The notes under the pieces were generated by a model. It had not been told where the DNA came from. It did no database searches and saw only the letters and a list, made by a program, of their open reading frames with translations. 64,000 nt of DNA from Fistulifera solaris (Eukaryota), in the NCBI GenBank assembly GCA_030295235.1, contig AP026149.1, forward strand, positions 372,001 to 436,000, read 5' to 3'. Shown one piece after another: positions 62,452-64,000 of this stretch. Both the position numbers and the translations under genes were made by a program. How positions within the stretch are numbered: the stretch's first letter is position 1; the number at the start of each line of letters is the position of its first letter.

Positions 62452-63380
62452 TCAGGACCAATTTCGAGGTTTTCCAGCAACGAAGTCGGTCGTCCGTGAA
62501 TTCTGAATACCTTCAAAGTCTGGCCATGTCTTGAGTGCTAGTGCCTGATCCCAAAACATGTATTCCAGTTTGCAAGCAGTGATGAAGTGGTTCGACATTT
62601 CGTTGAACATTTCCGACGAAGCAGTCGAGCACGCGATATCAACCAGTTGAATGTATTCGTTGACGCGCTGTTCGAATACTTCTCCTGCGTACATATCAAT
62701 CCAAGCGTCAAAAGCAGGCATACGCCTTACACTGAAAGCCACGAATTGTAAAGCTAGTTAGGTTTGACGAATCGGGCGCTTTTTCATCCTATCCGCTCTT
62801 CACCTCTTACCTATCACCAAGCTCTTCGCGAAGCCTTAGCATACATTTGCCAACATGAAAGTATACCCAGTAACAGGGAAGTAATGCCACAAGACCCTCC
62901 GGATGAGGACGCGTCGCAACGACTCGTTTCAAATAGCTTGTGTACAGTAGGGTATCGGGCATTTGCTGAACGCCGGCAGCATCGATACCCCACTCTCGAA
63001 AGAAGCCCGTGTGCATATCCGTTTCAAAGGCTATGACGCCTTTTGAAAATCGCGCTAGGAGCTCTGCATCTTTTATTGGTATACCGCAATTTTTGCTCAG
63101 TATGTGAAGGCAATCGCCAAAATCACGTAAATACAGCTGTAATGAAAACTATTAGTGGCGGCTAAGTTTTGGTCTCCCAATGTATGATATGAGTCACAAA
63201 GATATAACTTACAGCATCCTGGATAGCATAGTACTTGAAGCTCTCCACATCCAATTTCCCATACACCATATCAACGAGAAAGGGGTGTTTTTCGAGCCTA
63301 CGAATTATCGGAGCAGCAGCGTTCCATAAATCGTGGGATGTTCTCCTATTTGATTCGGCTGTCATTGCTACGGCTGTCAT
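62452..63380 (-). CDS. tenA: TenA/thiaminase II (aminopyrimidine aminohydrolase, thiamine salvage)
   Basis: HPF.....G.L....F.YY..QDA|LYL, YTSYL, ALLPCYWVY (catalytic Cys), WIDMY, LEYMFWD; introns 63212-63137 and 62810-62732. Confidence 0.92.
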
Positions 63381-63711
63381 TGCTAGTATAGGAGTGTTTG
63401 TCTTGGAAGAAAGATGATTAAGATATCAGATGATGGAGTGCCTGTCAAAAATGAGAGGTGCGGCCATCACAAAATTCCACTGTCCAAGCCAAAATCAAAA
63501 GCGGCAACAAGTTCTGATCTGACGACAGCAAGACGTGCTGCGACTCGGACGTCAAGTGATGTAGCAAAGAGATACCTGGTAGGTCAACTAACTATTGTTA
63601 TCACTAAGCAGAGTAATTTATTAATAATCTATTTGTTTGCGGTAAATGCTGCACCGGTGTTTATGCTCTTGCTACAATAATGGATTGCCAAAACGTTTTT
63701 CGATCCGCCGC

Positions 63712-64000
63712 TTAGTCCGTTTTTGCTTCTTCCGTCGCGTCGTCGCCATCTTCATCCTCCGCGGCTTCTAAAACATCTGCAGGAGCGGCAATGTCGGGAA
63801 GACCGTTCCCATCGTCGGCTTCATTATTCACCTCCATAACTGCTGGCCTAGCCAGCGCTTCGGGTCTCCACATGGGGAATATCGAAAGAAAGAAGCTACC
63901 GATGAAAAGCCCTACATCTCGCAACCATTGCATCCCCCTGTCTTGTTCAATCTGTGGAGCTGGTTCAATGACTCCACCAATGAACGTGTCCCTCCATCCC
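63712..64000 (-). CDS. C-terminal part of a membrane protein running off the window (HERP/UBL-membrane-like tail)
   Basis: Open frame to the window edge; GLFIGSFFLSIFPMWRP followed by an acidic tail. Confidence 0.5.
   Translation of the reverse strand, partial: GWRDTFIGGVIEPAPQIEQDRGMQWLRDVGLFIGSFFLSIFPMWRPEALARPAVMEVNNEADDGNGLPDIAAPADVLEAAEDEDGDDATEEAKTD

Noticed and set aside
62380..62470. Possible TPP riboswitch at the 3' end of tenA (CTGAGA overlaps the stop codon on the minus strand)
   Set aside because: No downstream ACCTGA...TAAT...GCGnAGG elements or P2/P4/P5 pairing could be found.

Overview
Gene-dense eukaryotic nuclear DNA from a diatom, probably a raphid pennate. The evidence is short GT-AG introns, ASAFAP-type bipartite plastid-targeting presequences, diatom-type DUF6824 and NTT genes, and a decayed member of a family resembling Fistulifera-type hypothetical proteins (genus is inference only). 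About 37 protein genes and one tRNA-Val(AAC) are recognisable. Many conserved genes are broken by single-base indels in homopolymer runs, which points to an unpolished long-read assembly rather than pseudogenes. The most notable region is a small histone cluster at 10.5-15.6 kb (H4, H3, H2B, a second H4). H3 and both H4 genes carry a 3' hairpin with the architecture of the metazoan replication-dependent histone mRNA stem-loop (ACC-GGAGRT-TNTN-AYCTCC-ACCCA), with a compensatory base-pair change between H3 and H4. The H2B gene lacks the hairpin and has no H2A partner. The histone promoters share repeated GTAGA/TCTAC motifs, and the two H4 units form a ~470 bp inverted repeat. The window also holds several bacterial-type secreted proteins (CBM9-like, DUF285, tandem M6/InhA metalloproteases with non-shared introns) and an M11 protease. 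All family calls come from motif recognition; no database searches were run.
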